Positions 26,986-34,748 of a stretch of 44,117 bases of DNA are shown here, one piece after another. Numbering within the stretch: position 1 is the stretch's first letter; each line of letters starts with the position of its first letter. Location of the stretch: the IMG/VR virus record IMGVR_UViG_3300037467_001781, positions 1 through 44,117 of that record; one strand, written 5' to 3'. A program made the translations under genes and the position numbers. The notes beneath the pieces were generated by a model, which ran no database searches, was not told the DNA's origin, and was given only the letters and a program-made list of their open reading frames with translations. This DNA is from a virus. Its lineage: Duplodnaviria; Caudoviricetes.

Positions 26986-27378
26986 ATGCCGAACGCTTCA
27001 CAGAAGATCGCGGAAAACGTCTTGCTGCTGGCGATTGCCCGCGTCTCGATGGCGCTGGCGCTGCCGACAATCGGCCTGCTCTTCTGGCTCTATTCGCAGT
27101 GGCAGGACACGCGCCTGGTCACAATGCAAGGACAGATCGCCGAAGCGCAGCAATCGGCTTCCGAAGCATCGTCCAAGGTCACTAAGGTCTCCGAGCGACT
27201 TTATGTCGTCGAGACGAAACAGACGCAGGATGCGGCGTCGAGCGAGAAATTCCAGAGCGCGACACTCACCCGGCTCGACCGCGTGCAGGACAGCATTGTC
27301 GGCCTGTCGAATGCCGTAGCTGCCCTAACGGCCACGCTTCAGGGTGTGGTCGAGGAGCGCAAGGCAAAGCCTCCCTGA
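26986..27378 (+). CDS. Membrane-anchored coiled-coil protein (holin-like candidate)
   Basis: TM LLLAIARVSMALALPTIGLLFWLY followed by coiled coil; start may be 26968. Confidence 0.7.
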   Translation: MPNASQKIAENVLLLAIARVSMALALPTIGLLFWLYSQWQDTRLVTMQGQIAEAQQSASEASSKVTKVSERLYVVETKQTQDAASSEKFQSATLTRLDRVQDSIVGLSNAVAALTATLQGVVEERKAKPP

Positions 27379-27425
27379 AATCCGCGCCAGGCGGATCCTG
27401 GCACAGATGGAGAAAAACCTCCCCC

Positions 27426-27632
27426 ATGACCACGACCATCAAAGTGAACACCAACGGCAATTACGTCTCGACCATCAAGATCAACGGCGAGGATGGGGGC
27501 ACCGTCGGTCCCGGCTTCTCGGCTGAAAAGTCCTTTGGCCTGCCGCACAACAATGGCGGTCCCTCTGTGTTCGAGGTATTCGAGCGCCAGGCCACGGCCG
27601 AGGAGATCGAGGCGGCAAAGACCGCTGGCTAA
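27426..27632 (+). CDS. Hypothetical protein (68 aa)
   Basis: MTTTIKVNTNGNYV...; GGAG upstream; followed by terminator. Confidence 0.65.
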   Translation: MTTTIKVNTNGNYVSTIKINGEDGGTVGPGFSAEKSFGLPHNNGGPSVFEVFERQATAEEIEAAKTAG

Positions 27633-27653
27633 CGTCTTTTCGCGTTCATCATG

Positions 27654-27687
27654 GGCCGGCTGGTCGCGCAGCCGGCCTTTTTTGTTT
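27654..27687 (+). terminator. Rho-independent terminator ending the late operon
   Basis: GGCCGGCTG-gtcgcg-CAGCCGGCC then TTTTTTGTTT. Confidence 0.85.
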
Positions 27688-27974
27688 CAGGTCGGCTCGT
27701 CGATCGGGGGCTTGTAGGCGCTCACCAGGCGAAGCTTGTCGACGTCGACCGTGACCGGAAAGCCGACATTCACCGTCACGCGGTTGCCATCGATGTGGCG
27801 GACGTCGCCGACGAGTTCCCAACGGTCGCCTTTCTTCACCCTCGATGTTCTGTCCCGGATGGAATACGGGAAATTGTAAGATGGGATCGAGAGGCTGATG
27901 CGATCTTCCGTGACGCGTCCGCGCACGGTCGCCACTATCGCGACCTCGTCGCCGATGTTGATGCCTACCGCCAT
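27687..27974 (-). CDS. Hypothetical protein (95 aa), two small beta-barrel-like repeats
   Basis: INIGDEVAIVATV.../VKKGDRWELVGDV... internal duplication. Confidence 0.7.
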   Translation of the reverse strand: MAVGINIGDEVAIVATVRGRVTEDRISLSIPSYNFPYSIRDRTSRVKKGDRWELVGDVRHIDGNRVTVNVGFPVTVDVDKLRLVSAYKPPIDEPT

Positions 27975-28029
27975 ACTGGCGATTCTGGCGCGCCCTCGTT
28001 CTTCGTCAAGAGGCTGCTTATATTCGCCT

Positions 28030-28066
28030 CTTGACGACGATCGGAACAAGTTCCTATTTCGTTCTC
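28030..28066 (+). promoter_or_regulatory. LexA-repressed promoter (alphaproteobacterial SOS box)
   Basis: TTGACG(28031)-N17-CTATTT(28054) with GTTC-ctatttc-GTTC (28050-28064) over the -10; ATG at 28067. Confidence 0.8.
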
Positions 28067-28378
28067 ATGCCGGAAACATACGCGCCTAAGCGGAAGGACT
28101 ATCCGCTGTCGAACCTGAACGATGGCCTGCGACTGGTGCGGGTGCGCTGCGGCTATTGCAAGCGCGGCCACAATTACTATCCCGACGACCTGATCCGCAT
28201 CTTCGGCGATGTCGACGTCGATTCCCTCGCCTACCGCATGAAGTGCGAGAACGGCGCCGACCATGGGTTCCTTGCGGTCGAGGCCTTCGCGCCGACTGGC
28301 AAGGAAGCCGTCGGCCTGCGCATCCGCCGCCTGAAGGCGCTCAAGGTGCTGACGGTGCCAGTGTGGAAGGAAGGCTAG
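28067..28378 (+). CDS. SOS-inducible Cys/His-rich (putative Zn-binding) hypothetical protein
   Basis: VRVRCGYCKRGHNYYPDDL...MKCENGADH; directly behind LexA box. Confidence 0.75.
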   Translation: MPETYAPKRKDYPLSNLNDGLRLVRVRCGYCKRGHNYYPDDLIRIFGDVDVDSLAYRMKCENGADHGFLAVEAFAPTGKEAVGLRIRRLKALKVLTVPVWKEG

Positions 28379-28411
28379 TTCTTTGTCTCGAACCCTCGAT
28401 AAACTGCCGCC

Positions 28412-28631
28412 TATCGTGCCACATATCATGCCACAAAATTGTTGTGCGAACAGAATTCACGTTTATTTACAATGGCAAGCAATCCAGCCGGTGCTCTTCA
28501 TCCGCACCATTTTTGACTGCCTGCAATTAACATAAACATCTGATATCGCTTCGCTTTTTGCATTGTTGAAAACGCGTCGTTGCTTTCTGCGGCGATATCG
28601 TGCCACAAATCATGCCACCTATCCTGTCGCA
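28412..28631. mobile_element. attP: attP site: 12-bp arm-type repeats flanking a tRNA 3'-end-like core
   Basis: TATCGTGCCACA/TATCATGCCACA (28412-28435) and TATCGTGCCACA/AATCATGCCACC/TATCCTGTCGCA (28596-28631); core CTCTTCATCCGCACCA (28494-28509); adjacent to integrase. Confidence 0.8.
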
Positions 28632-28655
28632 AGTGGCGTTTTTTGAGGTGCGGAC

Positions 28656-30035
28656 GTGGGGCGAAATCGCAAGCAGGCAGACGACGAAAAAGACCCTGAT
28701 CGCTACCTTGCAACCATCAACGGCTATTTCTGGTACAAGCGTCGCGTGCCGAAGCTTCTGGCGCATCTTGACGCACGCGCGCCGCAAATCCGCATGACGC
28801 TGAAGACGAAGGAAAGGACGCTCGCCAGGCGCAAGCGCGATCAGCTCGAGGCGGCCGATGACGTGCTTTGGGCCTCCTTCATCGTCGATGGCCAGAACGA
28901 CCCGGCCCGGCTGCGCTATGATGCTGCCGTGCGTCGCGTCGAAGCGATGGATTTCACCTTCCACTCCTCGGCCGTGCTCGAACATGTCGCCGACTATGGC
29001 GATCTGCGTAGGCGTTTCCTGACCCTCAAAGAGGTCGGCGTCAGCAAAGACGCCGGCGGCGCCCTTCTCGGTGCTGTGAAAGTGCCCAAGACGACAGTGA
29101 CAAAAGCCTTCGACATCTACTGCAACGAGATCGTCGCCGACGAACTGGTCGGCAAGAGCGAGGTGCAGAAGAAGCAGTGGAAGAAGGTCAAGCTGCGCGC
29201 GGTCAACAATTTCATCCGCATCGTCGGCATCGACAAGGCCATGGAAGACATCACGGTCGACGATGCCAAGAAGGTCTATCTCTACTGGCTCGGTCGGATC
29301 GCGCCGAAGAAAGGCGAGCCGAAGACGGCATCGGCGAATTCCGGCAACCGCGACCTCGGCAACATGCGCGTCCTCTTTGAGGCCTATTTCAAATATCAGG
29401 GCGACAAGGACCGGCCGAACCCGTTCGACGGCTTCGGCTTCAGCCAGAAGAACAAGCGCTCCCGGCCGCCGATTCCGACCGAATGGATCCGCGACGTCAT
29501 CATGAAGGTCGGCGCGCTCGCCGGCATGAACGAGGAGGCGCGCGGCATCCTCTTGATCATGATCGAGACGGGCGCCCGGCCGAGCGAGATCTGCAACCTG
29601 GAACCGATGAACATCCGCTGGTCGGCGAAGGTGCCGCATCTGTCGTTCCAGCCGCGCGAGGATCCGGACGATCCGCGCGAACTCAAGACCGAATCGTCGC
29701 GGCGCCTGGTGCCGCTTGTCGGCGTCGCGCTTGCCGCGGCGGAGCGGCATAAGGCCGGCTTCCCGCGCTATCGCGACCGGGAAAACGACCTGTCGGATGC
29801 CATCAACAAGTTCCTCAAGGAAAACGGCCTGTTCCCGACCAAGGCGCACACCTTCTACTCGTTCCGCCATTCCTTCGAGGACCGCATGAAGGTTGGTGGC
29901 ATCGACGTCGAGCTGCGCAAGATCTTGATGGGGCATACGATCGACCGTCCGAAATATGGCGAGGGCGGCGACCTGAAGTGGCGGCGCGAAGAGCTTATGA
30001 AGATAGCGCTGCCGTTCGATCAGTCGATCGTTTAG
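28656..30035 (+). CDS. int: Tyrosine integrase (DUF6538-like N-terminus)
   Basis: ETGARPSEI, LKTESSRR, FYSFRHSFEDR, LMGH, Y; N-terminal YKRRVP. Confidence 0.95.
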   Translation: MGRNRKQADDEKDPDRYLATINGYFWYKRRVPKLLAHLDARAPQIRMTLKTKERTLARRKRDQLEAADDVLWASFIVDGQNDPARLRYDAAVRRVEAMDFTFHSSAVLEHVADYGDLRRRFLTLKEVGVSKDAGGALLGAVKVPKTTVTKAFDIYCNEIVADELVGKSEVQKKQWKKVKLRAVNNFIRIVGIDKAMEDITVDDAKKVYLYWLGRIAPKKGEPKTASANSGNRDLGNMRVLFEAYFKYQGDKDRPNPFDGFGFSQKNKRSRPPIPTEWIRDVIMKVGALAGMNEEARGILLIMIETGARPSEICNLEPMNIRWSAKVPHLSFQPREDPDDPRELKTESSRRLVPLVGVALAAAERHKAGFPRYRDRENDLSDAINKFLKENGLFPTKAHTFYSFRHSFEDRMKVGGIDVELRKILMGHTIDRPKYGEGGDLKWRREELMKIALPFDQSIV

Positions 30036-30249
30036 AAAGCCGCGCCCTCGCCTCGGCAAGGATCGCATCTGCTTCCCTGCGCTTCTTTAGCTCGAGCTGG
30101 ACGCGGCGCCAGATCGGCAGATAGAGATCGGCGTCGCTGCCTGCCATGGACATAAGCTGAGCTGTGATGTCGAGATGCTCTTCGAGCTCCTCGACAGTCA
30201 GTGGCGGCAGTGGCCGCGTCGCCCAGGATTGGCGCGGCTTGCTTTTCAT
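29995..30249 (-). CDS. Hypothetical protein (84 aa), last gene of leftward operon
   Basis: ATGA coupling; overlaps int 3' end convergently. Confidence 0.65.
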   Translation of the reverse strand: MKSKPRQSWATRPLPPLTVEELEEHLDITAQLMSMAGSDADLYLPIWRRVQLELKKRREADAILAEARARLSKRSTDRTAALSS

Positions 30250-31367
30250 TCGACCGGACGCGAGTTCTCGTCGACTTCGACCGGCTTGCCGCCGCGAAGG
30301 CTGTACCAGGTGTCCGGCTTGATGCCGTCCCGGCCGGCGATGCCTGCCCAGACGTTGACGATATCGCCATTGGTCGAGCGCTCGGCCAGGAACAGCGCGC
30401 AACCGTCCTTGCCGCGCGCCCTTCCCTCAAAGCCGGATGCGGTGGCGGCGCCCTGGTAGCCGGATGCGGTGGCAGCGCCTCGCTTGCCGGATGCGGTGGC
30501 AGCGCCTCGCGTTCCCGATGCGGTGGCAGCGCCCTGCTCGCCCGACGCGGTGGCAGCGCCCTGCTCGCCCGACGCGGTGGCAGCGCCCTGCTCGCCCGAC
30601 GCGGTGGCAGCGCCTCTCCATCCCGACGCGGTGGCAGCGCCTCGCGTTCCCGATGCGGTGGCAGCGCCTCGCGTTCCCGATGCGGTGGCAGCGCCCCAAT
30701 CGCCGGATGCGGTGGCAGCGCCCTGGTAGCCGGATGCGGTGGCAGCGCCCTGATAGCCGGATGCGGTGGCAGCGCCCTGGTAGCCGGATGCGGTGGCAGC
30801 GCCTCGCCGTCCGGATGCGGTGGCAGCGCCCTGCTCGCCCGACGCGGTGGCAGCGCCTCCCGGTCCCGATGCGGTGGCAGCGCCCCAATCGCCGGATGCA
30901 GTGGCAGCGCCCTGGTAGCCGGATGCGGTGGCAGCGCCTCCGTAATCCTCGTTCTTGACCTGCTCGCTGTCGCCGGCCGTGTGGTCGCCCTCGACCAGCT
31001 TGGCGCGGTCGGTCACCCACTTGACGGCGTCGAGGATCAACTGCGTCAGGCCGATTTCCTTGCCGACGGTCAGGATCTCGGCGGCGGTCTTCTCGCCGCC
31101 GTCGTCGGTGTCCATCGCGCCGGAAATCTCGACCTGGCAGATGCGCGTTCCGGCCGGCGCGTAATACTGGAACAGCGCCAGCGGATGGCCGGTGATGACG
31201 TGGAAGCCACCCTTGCAGGCCTTTACAGTTCCTTCGTGCTTGTAGGTCTGGCCGATCTCGAACTGAAAGACCTTGCCTTCCGGGCGGCACGTCAAATCGT
31301 CGTGAAAACCCTTGTAGGCGATGGTCGGAATCGTTTCGGCAGTCGCTGCTTTCTTGGCGCGCGGCAT
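30246..31367 (-). CDS. DUF7666-like N-terminal domain plus 19 x 9-aa GAATASG-XX repeat protein (373 aa)
   Basis: AYKGFHDDLTCR...FQFEIGQTY...ACKGGFH...YYAPA; repeat array; C-terminal GRDGIKPDTWYSL; GGAGGG/AAGGA upstream. Confidence 0.85.
   Translation of the reverse strand: MPRAKKAATAETIPTIAYKGFHDDLTCRPEGKVFQFEIGQTYKHEGTVKACKGGFHVITGHPLALFQYYAPAGTRICQVEISGAMDTDDGGEKTAAEILTVGKEIGLTQLILDAVKWVTDRAKLVEGDHTAGDSEQVKNEDYGGAATASGYQGAATASGDWGAATASGPGGAATASGEQGAATASGRRGAATASGYQGAATASGYQGAATASGYQGAATASGDWGAATASGTRGAATASGTRGAATASGWRGAATASGEQGAATASGEQGAATASGEQGAATASGTRGAATASGKRGAATASGYQGAATASGFEGRARGKDGCALFLAERSTNGDIVNVWAGIAGRDGIKPDTWYSLRGGKPVEVDENSRPVE
30426..30938. repeat. Tandem array of 19 x 27-bp units
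   Basis: Near-invariant core GCGGTGGCAGCGCC (plus strand) with a variable 6-nt di-codon per unit. Confidence 0.95.
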
Positions 31368-31369
31368 GG

Positions 31370-31735
31370 TCAGTCCTTCGAGTTGGAGGGATTTGCGATT
31401 TTCAGGAGCACGTCGGCATGGCAAGGCGCGCCGGGCTTGCACCAGCAGGCGAGGTTCTTGCCATGCAGCTCGCTGGCATTATCGGCGACGAATTGCCGGG
31501 TCCGTTTCAGCGCCTCAATGTCGGGGTCTGCGCCGACGCGCAGCAGGCCGGCGAGCAAGGCCTTGTAGAGGTCGACGCAATAGGCCGCTTCGCCATGCTT
31601 GCCGACGATGAACGGATTGCCCCATGGTCCCGGCCGGCCGACGTGGACCGCTGGCAAGCCGTTGGTGGCGAGCGACAGCGCCTGCAGGTCGAAGCCCTTG
31701 GCGCGGGAAAGACGGATGCGGACAGGCTTGGTCAC
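31370..31735 (-). CDS. DUF4326 domain protein
   Basis: VHVGRPGPWGNPF...LHGKNLACWC...PCHADVLL. Confidence 0.88.
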   Translation of the reverse strand: MTKPVRIRLSRAKGFDLQALSLATNGLPAVHVGRPGPWGNPFIVGKHGEAAYCVDLYKALLAGLLRVGADPDIEALKRTRQFVADNASELHGKNLACWCKPGAPCHADVLLKIANPSNSKD

Positions 31736-32178
31736 AGCAGCCTCTCCTCGCCAGTGGGTGGCGTCGCCGCGAGATTGTCGCGCCACCTGAAAAAGCCGAG
31801 CGCACCCTTGACGGGGATGATCTCGGGCAATGGTTTTGGATTGGCGATCACGAAGCCGTAGCGCCCGAAAAACCAAGGGCTACCGCTGACGCTGACGCAG
31901 TCGATGATGTCTATGGTGCCGACGATGCCGCCCCGCGGCAGCGCATCGAAATCTGGCAATGCGAGACCGAAGGCAAAAGAGCGCTGCAAGCTCACCGCGT
32001 GATGCGTGTCTAGACAATCCAAGTATTCGCTGCGTGTCATCCCCTTCGACGCATGCAGGCAGATGCGGCCTCTGACCTTTGTCGGCCAGTCGCGGTTTTC
32101 GATTTCCTTGCCAGCGTGAAGGATCGACCATGCCCAAGGCTGGCGAACCGATAAGGCAATGTCCGGAAGGTCGGTCAA
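31732..32178 (-). CDS. ASCH domain protein
   Basis: ALSVRQPWAW...GKEIENRDW...RGRICLHASK...GGIVG...VKGALGFF. Confidence 0.9.
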   Translation of the reverse strand: MTDLPDIALSVRQPWAWSILHAGKEIENRDWPTKVRGRICLHASKGMTRSEYLDCLDTHHAVSLQRSFAFGLALPDFDALPRGGIVGTIDIIDCVSVSGSPWFFGRYGFVIANPKPLPEIIPVKGALGFFRWRDNLAATPPTGEERLL

Positions 32179-32546
32179 ATCAGCCTCCCCTGTTTCGGGT
32201 CGGCCGGCTTCGAGGCGTCGCCAAAGCCCTTGGCGCGCAGTTCGGCGATCTGCTTCAGCTTTTCCTCGTCGCCCTTGCGGCGGGCTTCGAACTCGACAGG
32301 GCCGTATTTGTCGGTCTCGATCGCGCCGGCGGCGATTGCCAGCGCGCGCTTGGACTGCGCGATGTCGAAGTGCTCCCAGGACGCATCCATGCCCGGCAGA
32401 CCGGTGCCGGCCGGGCGCTGGAACCATTTGCGTTGGACGCCGATACGGTCGGCCATGGCGAACAGCTCGGCGCGCGTGTCGGCCCACATGTGGCACATGA
32501 CCATCTTGCCGAAGGGCGCGCGCATGTTGTCGACGTAGACGCTCAT
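32175..32546 (-). CDS. DUF4031 domain protein
   Basis: MSVYVD...MCHMWADT...ELFAMADRIG...WFQ...HFDI...RALAIAAGA. Confidence 0.88.
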   Translation of the reverse strand: MSVYVDNMRAPFGKMVMCHMWADTRAELFAMADRIGVQRKWFQRPAGTGLPGMDASWEHFDIAQSKRALAIAAGAIETDKYGPVEFEARRKGDEEKLKQIAELRAKGFGDASKPADPKQGRLI

Positions 32547-32929
32547 CGCTTCGGAAATCCTTCCGTCATGCCCTGGACGGATCGGTCGTAGCCAATCTTC
32601 AGGTGCTGCAACATCTGGCGGCGCACTTCCGGCATGCCTTGCGTGGTGAAGGCCTGCGCGTTGACGGTGGCCAGGGCGGAGCCGATCGCGCTCCACAATT
32701 CGATGACGACTTCGTGGGGCGGGATTTCGAACCGGGTTTCGGCGGTGTTGATCCCCTCGATCATGGCGACGGACACGCGCTCGAAACAGAACGCCCATGT
32801 CTTCTGCCCGACCGTCAGGCCAGACTGATCCTGCGACCAGTCGACCAGTTCCTTGAACTGCTCATAGCCGTTGGCAAAGCCGGGTTCGAGCAGATCGCCA
32901 AGGCCGCGCTGTTTCGGCAGCTTCGGCAT
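32543..32929 (-). CDS. Hypothetical protein (128 aa)
   Basis: Coupled overlaps on both sides in the leftward operon. Confidence 0.75.
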   Translation of the reverse strand: MPKLPKQRGLGDLLEPGFANGYEQFKELVDWSQDQSGLTVGQKTWAFCFERVSVAMIEGINTAETRFEIPPHEVVIELWSAIGSALATVNAQAFTTQGMPEVRRQMLQHLKIGYDRSVQGMTEGFPKR

Positions 32930-33177
32930 CAGCGCGTGCCCTTCCGCTTTTCGGCGAAGCGCTCGATCGCGGCGTGCTGGCTTGCTTCAAGCAGGCCCAC
33001 GGCGACGGCTGGCGTCATCTCGAAATGGACGTTGAGAAGTTCCAGCATGCCGAGTTGGCAGCTTTCGAAGAGCGTCATCATCTCGGCATAGGTCGCGCCA
33101 TTCTTGATGGCGGGGCCGGCCACGTCGCGCACGAAGCGGCCGGCGAGCAGGTTGTGCAGTTCGGAGGCCGCGCTCAT
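32929..33177 (-). CDS. Hypothetical protein (82 aa)
   Basis: MSAASELHNLL...; TGATG coupling. Confidence 0.7.
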   Translation of the reverse strand: MSAASELHNLLAGRFVRDVAGPAIKNGATYAEMMTLFESCQLGMLELLNVHFEMTPAVAVGLLEASQHAAIERFAEKRKGTR

Positions 33178-33389
33178 CAGCGCAGCCCCACATAGAGCAG
33201 GCCGATGCCGAGGGCGGCGGTGGCGATCATCAGGCCGATAAGAATACGGCGCGCGACCAGCGATTCCGCCGGCCGGTCGATGCAATCCTCGCCGCACATG
33301 CATTCCGGGAAGTTGTTGCAGCGGATGACGATGCGCTCATCCGCTGGCGCGAGGCTGTAGCCCGTGGGCAGGTCGACATGCCTCTTCAT
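33177..33389 (-). CDS. Small Cys-cluster membrane protein (70 aa)
   Basis: CNNFPECMCGEDC followed by C-terminal TM; ATGA coupling. Confidence 0.65.
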   Translation of the reverse strand: MKRHVDLPTGYSLAPADERIVIRCNNFPECMCGEDCIDRPAESLVARRILIGLMIATAALGIGLLYVGLR

Positions 33390-33634
33390 GGCAGCAACCA
33401 GCCGAGCGCGAGGAAGGGCGTGGCGAAGGCGATCAGGCAGGCGGTGACGAGCCCAGCGAGGCCATCGCCGCCGGCAGCGGCGATGATCTTGGCGGGATCG
33501 GGCATGCGACGCATGTCGGCCAGGATCTCGGACGGGCGGCGCTGCGCCATGAGCTGGCGCGAAATCCACGCCTCATGCTCGGGCGAATTCGCGGCCTCGG
33601 CGATCAGGTCTTCGGCGACGGTGCGATGGGTCAT
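33386..33634 (-). CDS. Small membrane protein (82 aa)
   Basis: C-terminal hydrophobic helix; ATGA coupling. Confidence 0.65.
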   Translation of the reverse strand: MTHRTVAEDLIAEAANSPEHEAWISRQLMAQRRPSEILADMRRMPDPAKIIAAAGGDGLAGLVTACLIAFATPFLALGWLLP

Positions 33635-33933
33635 TGCCGCGCCCTCGCCTTTTCGAGCACTTCCACCATGGAGCGCCGATCGTCGGCCAAGAGGCTGTCG
33701 ATCGTGATGATGCGGGAGCGCAAATTGGCCAAGGCCGCCCGCGCTTCCGGGGAACGGCTGCGCGTCAGCACGGGGATTGCGGCCTTGATGTCCTCAAGGG
33801 CGAATTCGAGATGCGCAATCAAGGTGCCGGTGCGATGCGGCCAATAATCCGGATGGCCTTTCACCGGAGCATCCGCAACAAGGCGTTTGCTCTCCTGAAG
33901 GAATTTGGCGATGTCATCGGGGCTCGTCATCAT
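33631..33933 (-). CDS. Hypothetical protein (100 aa)
   Basis: Operon position; helical composition. Confidence 0.7.
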   Translation of the reverse strand: MMTSPDDIAKFLQESKRLVADAPVKGHPDYWPHRTGTLIAHLEFALEDIKAAIPVLTRSRSPEARAALANLRSRIITIDSLLADDRRSMVEVLEKARARQ

Positions 33934-33938
33934 CGCCG

Positions 33939-34172
33939 TCAGCTCATCTGACGGACGGCGAGGGAACGGGCGAGGTTGCAGGCCTCGCGCCCGTGCTTCT
34001 CGATCTGCTCGTCCGTGAAGCTGGTGTGCTCGAACAGCGCGTCCTTGGTGACGGCGATGCCGTTCATACCGAGTTCGAGGACGCGATCGGCCATGCGCTC
34101 GACAAGCGTCTTCTCGGCCAGAGCCGCCTTGGCGGACTTCGGCATGGTTTCGTGCAGTTCGTACCGGATCAT
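33939..34172 (-). CDS. Hypothetical protein (77 aa), first gene of PL operon
   Basis: MIRYELHETMPK...; GGAGA RBS; downstream of PL. Confidence 0.7.
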   Translation of the reverse strand: MIRYELHETMPKSAKAALAEKTLVERMADRVLELGMNGIAVTKDALFEHTSFTDEQIEKHGREACNLARSLAVRQMS

Positions 34173-34204
34173 GGTTCTGTCTCCGCTCGCGGGATGCGAG
34201 TGCG

Positions 34205-34285
34205 AACGGATATTATGCGCAAACGGATAATTGTCAATCAAAGAAAATGCGCAAACGGATAACACCGTTATGCGTGAACGGATAA
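34205..34285 (-). promoter_or_regulatory. PL promoter with three 18-bp repressor operators (OL)
   Basis: Minus strand TTGACA-N16-TAATAT; operators TTATGCGCAAACGGATAA (34213-34230), AAATGCGCAAACGGATAA (34245-34262), TTATGCGTGAACGGATAA (34268-34285). Confidence 0.85.
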
Positions 34286-34307
34286 CTGAACCGCGAAGGT
34301 ATGCGTT

Positions 34308-34523
34308 TTAGCCGTCCTGACCCTTGTCCAAAAGCGCCAGCCCCTCGGCGATGAGCCGCATCGCTTCAGTTCTGGTTGCATCTTCGGCGGAAAACGACCG
34401 TTCCAACCTGGCGGCGATTTCGGCGTTCATGCTGCGCTCGCTTTCTGCGGCTGCTACCTTGATTCGCTTGAGCAGCGATGGCGTGACCCGAACATGGATT
34501 ATTAGGCGATCTGAGGGCGGCAT
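34308..34523 (-). CDS. Arc-family ribbon-helix-helix DNA-binding protein
   Basis: IHVRVTPSLLKRIKVAAAESERSMNAEIAARLERSF. Confidence 0.9.
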   Translation of the reverse strand: MPPSDRLIIHVRVTPSLLKRIKVAAAESERSMNAEIAARLERSFSAEDATRTEAMRLIAEGLALLDKGQDG

Positions 34524-34748
34524 GTCCGACTTATGGACGAAAGGTCCACAACCGGAAATGGGTGCACTCGCGCTATAAATATAGCACTAGTGATACCATA
34601 TATCCCCATAATCCACAGGCCGCTGTTACGCGCCGAAACATTCCGTTAACTCGCTGCCAAGGATTGTTAACCTGGGAACCGGCACCCGAAAGGCGGGCGG
34701 CGGAAAACGGGGGTTTCGTACAAATCGTGCAACGATAGTACAATTTGT

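Noticed and set aside
28480-28512. tRNA gene
   Set aside because: Only a 3'-end-like 16-mer; no T-loop, anticodon or D arm; treated as attP core
28527-30068. 513-aa ORF antisense to integrase (likewise 13494-15029, 38643-39968, 42605-44035, 7869-8981)
   Set aside because: Antisense shadows expected from high-GC codon bias; no motifs
30426-30938. 27-bp array as a CRISPR array
   Set aside because: Variable parts are only about 6-7 nt, recur, keep frame inside a protein, and no cas genes are present
30201-31568. Long alternative-frame ORFs over the repeat (30201-31568, 30427-31290, 30437-30958)
   Set aside because: Stop-free frames created by the repeat; only the minus-strand frame has flanking domains, RBS and operon coupling
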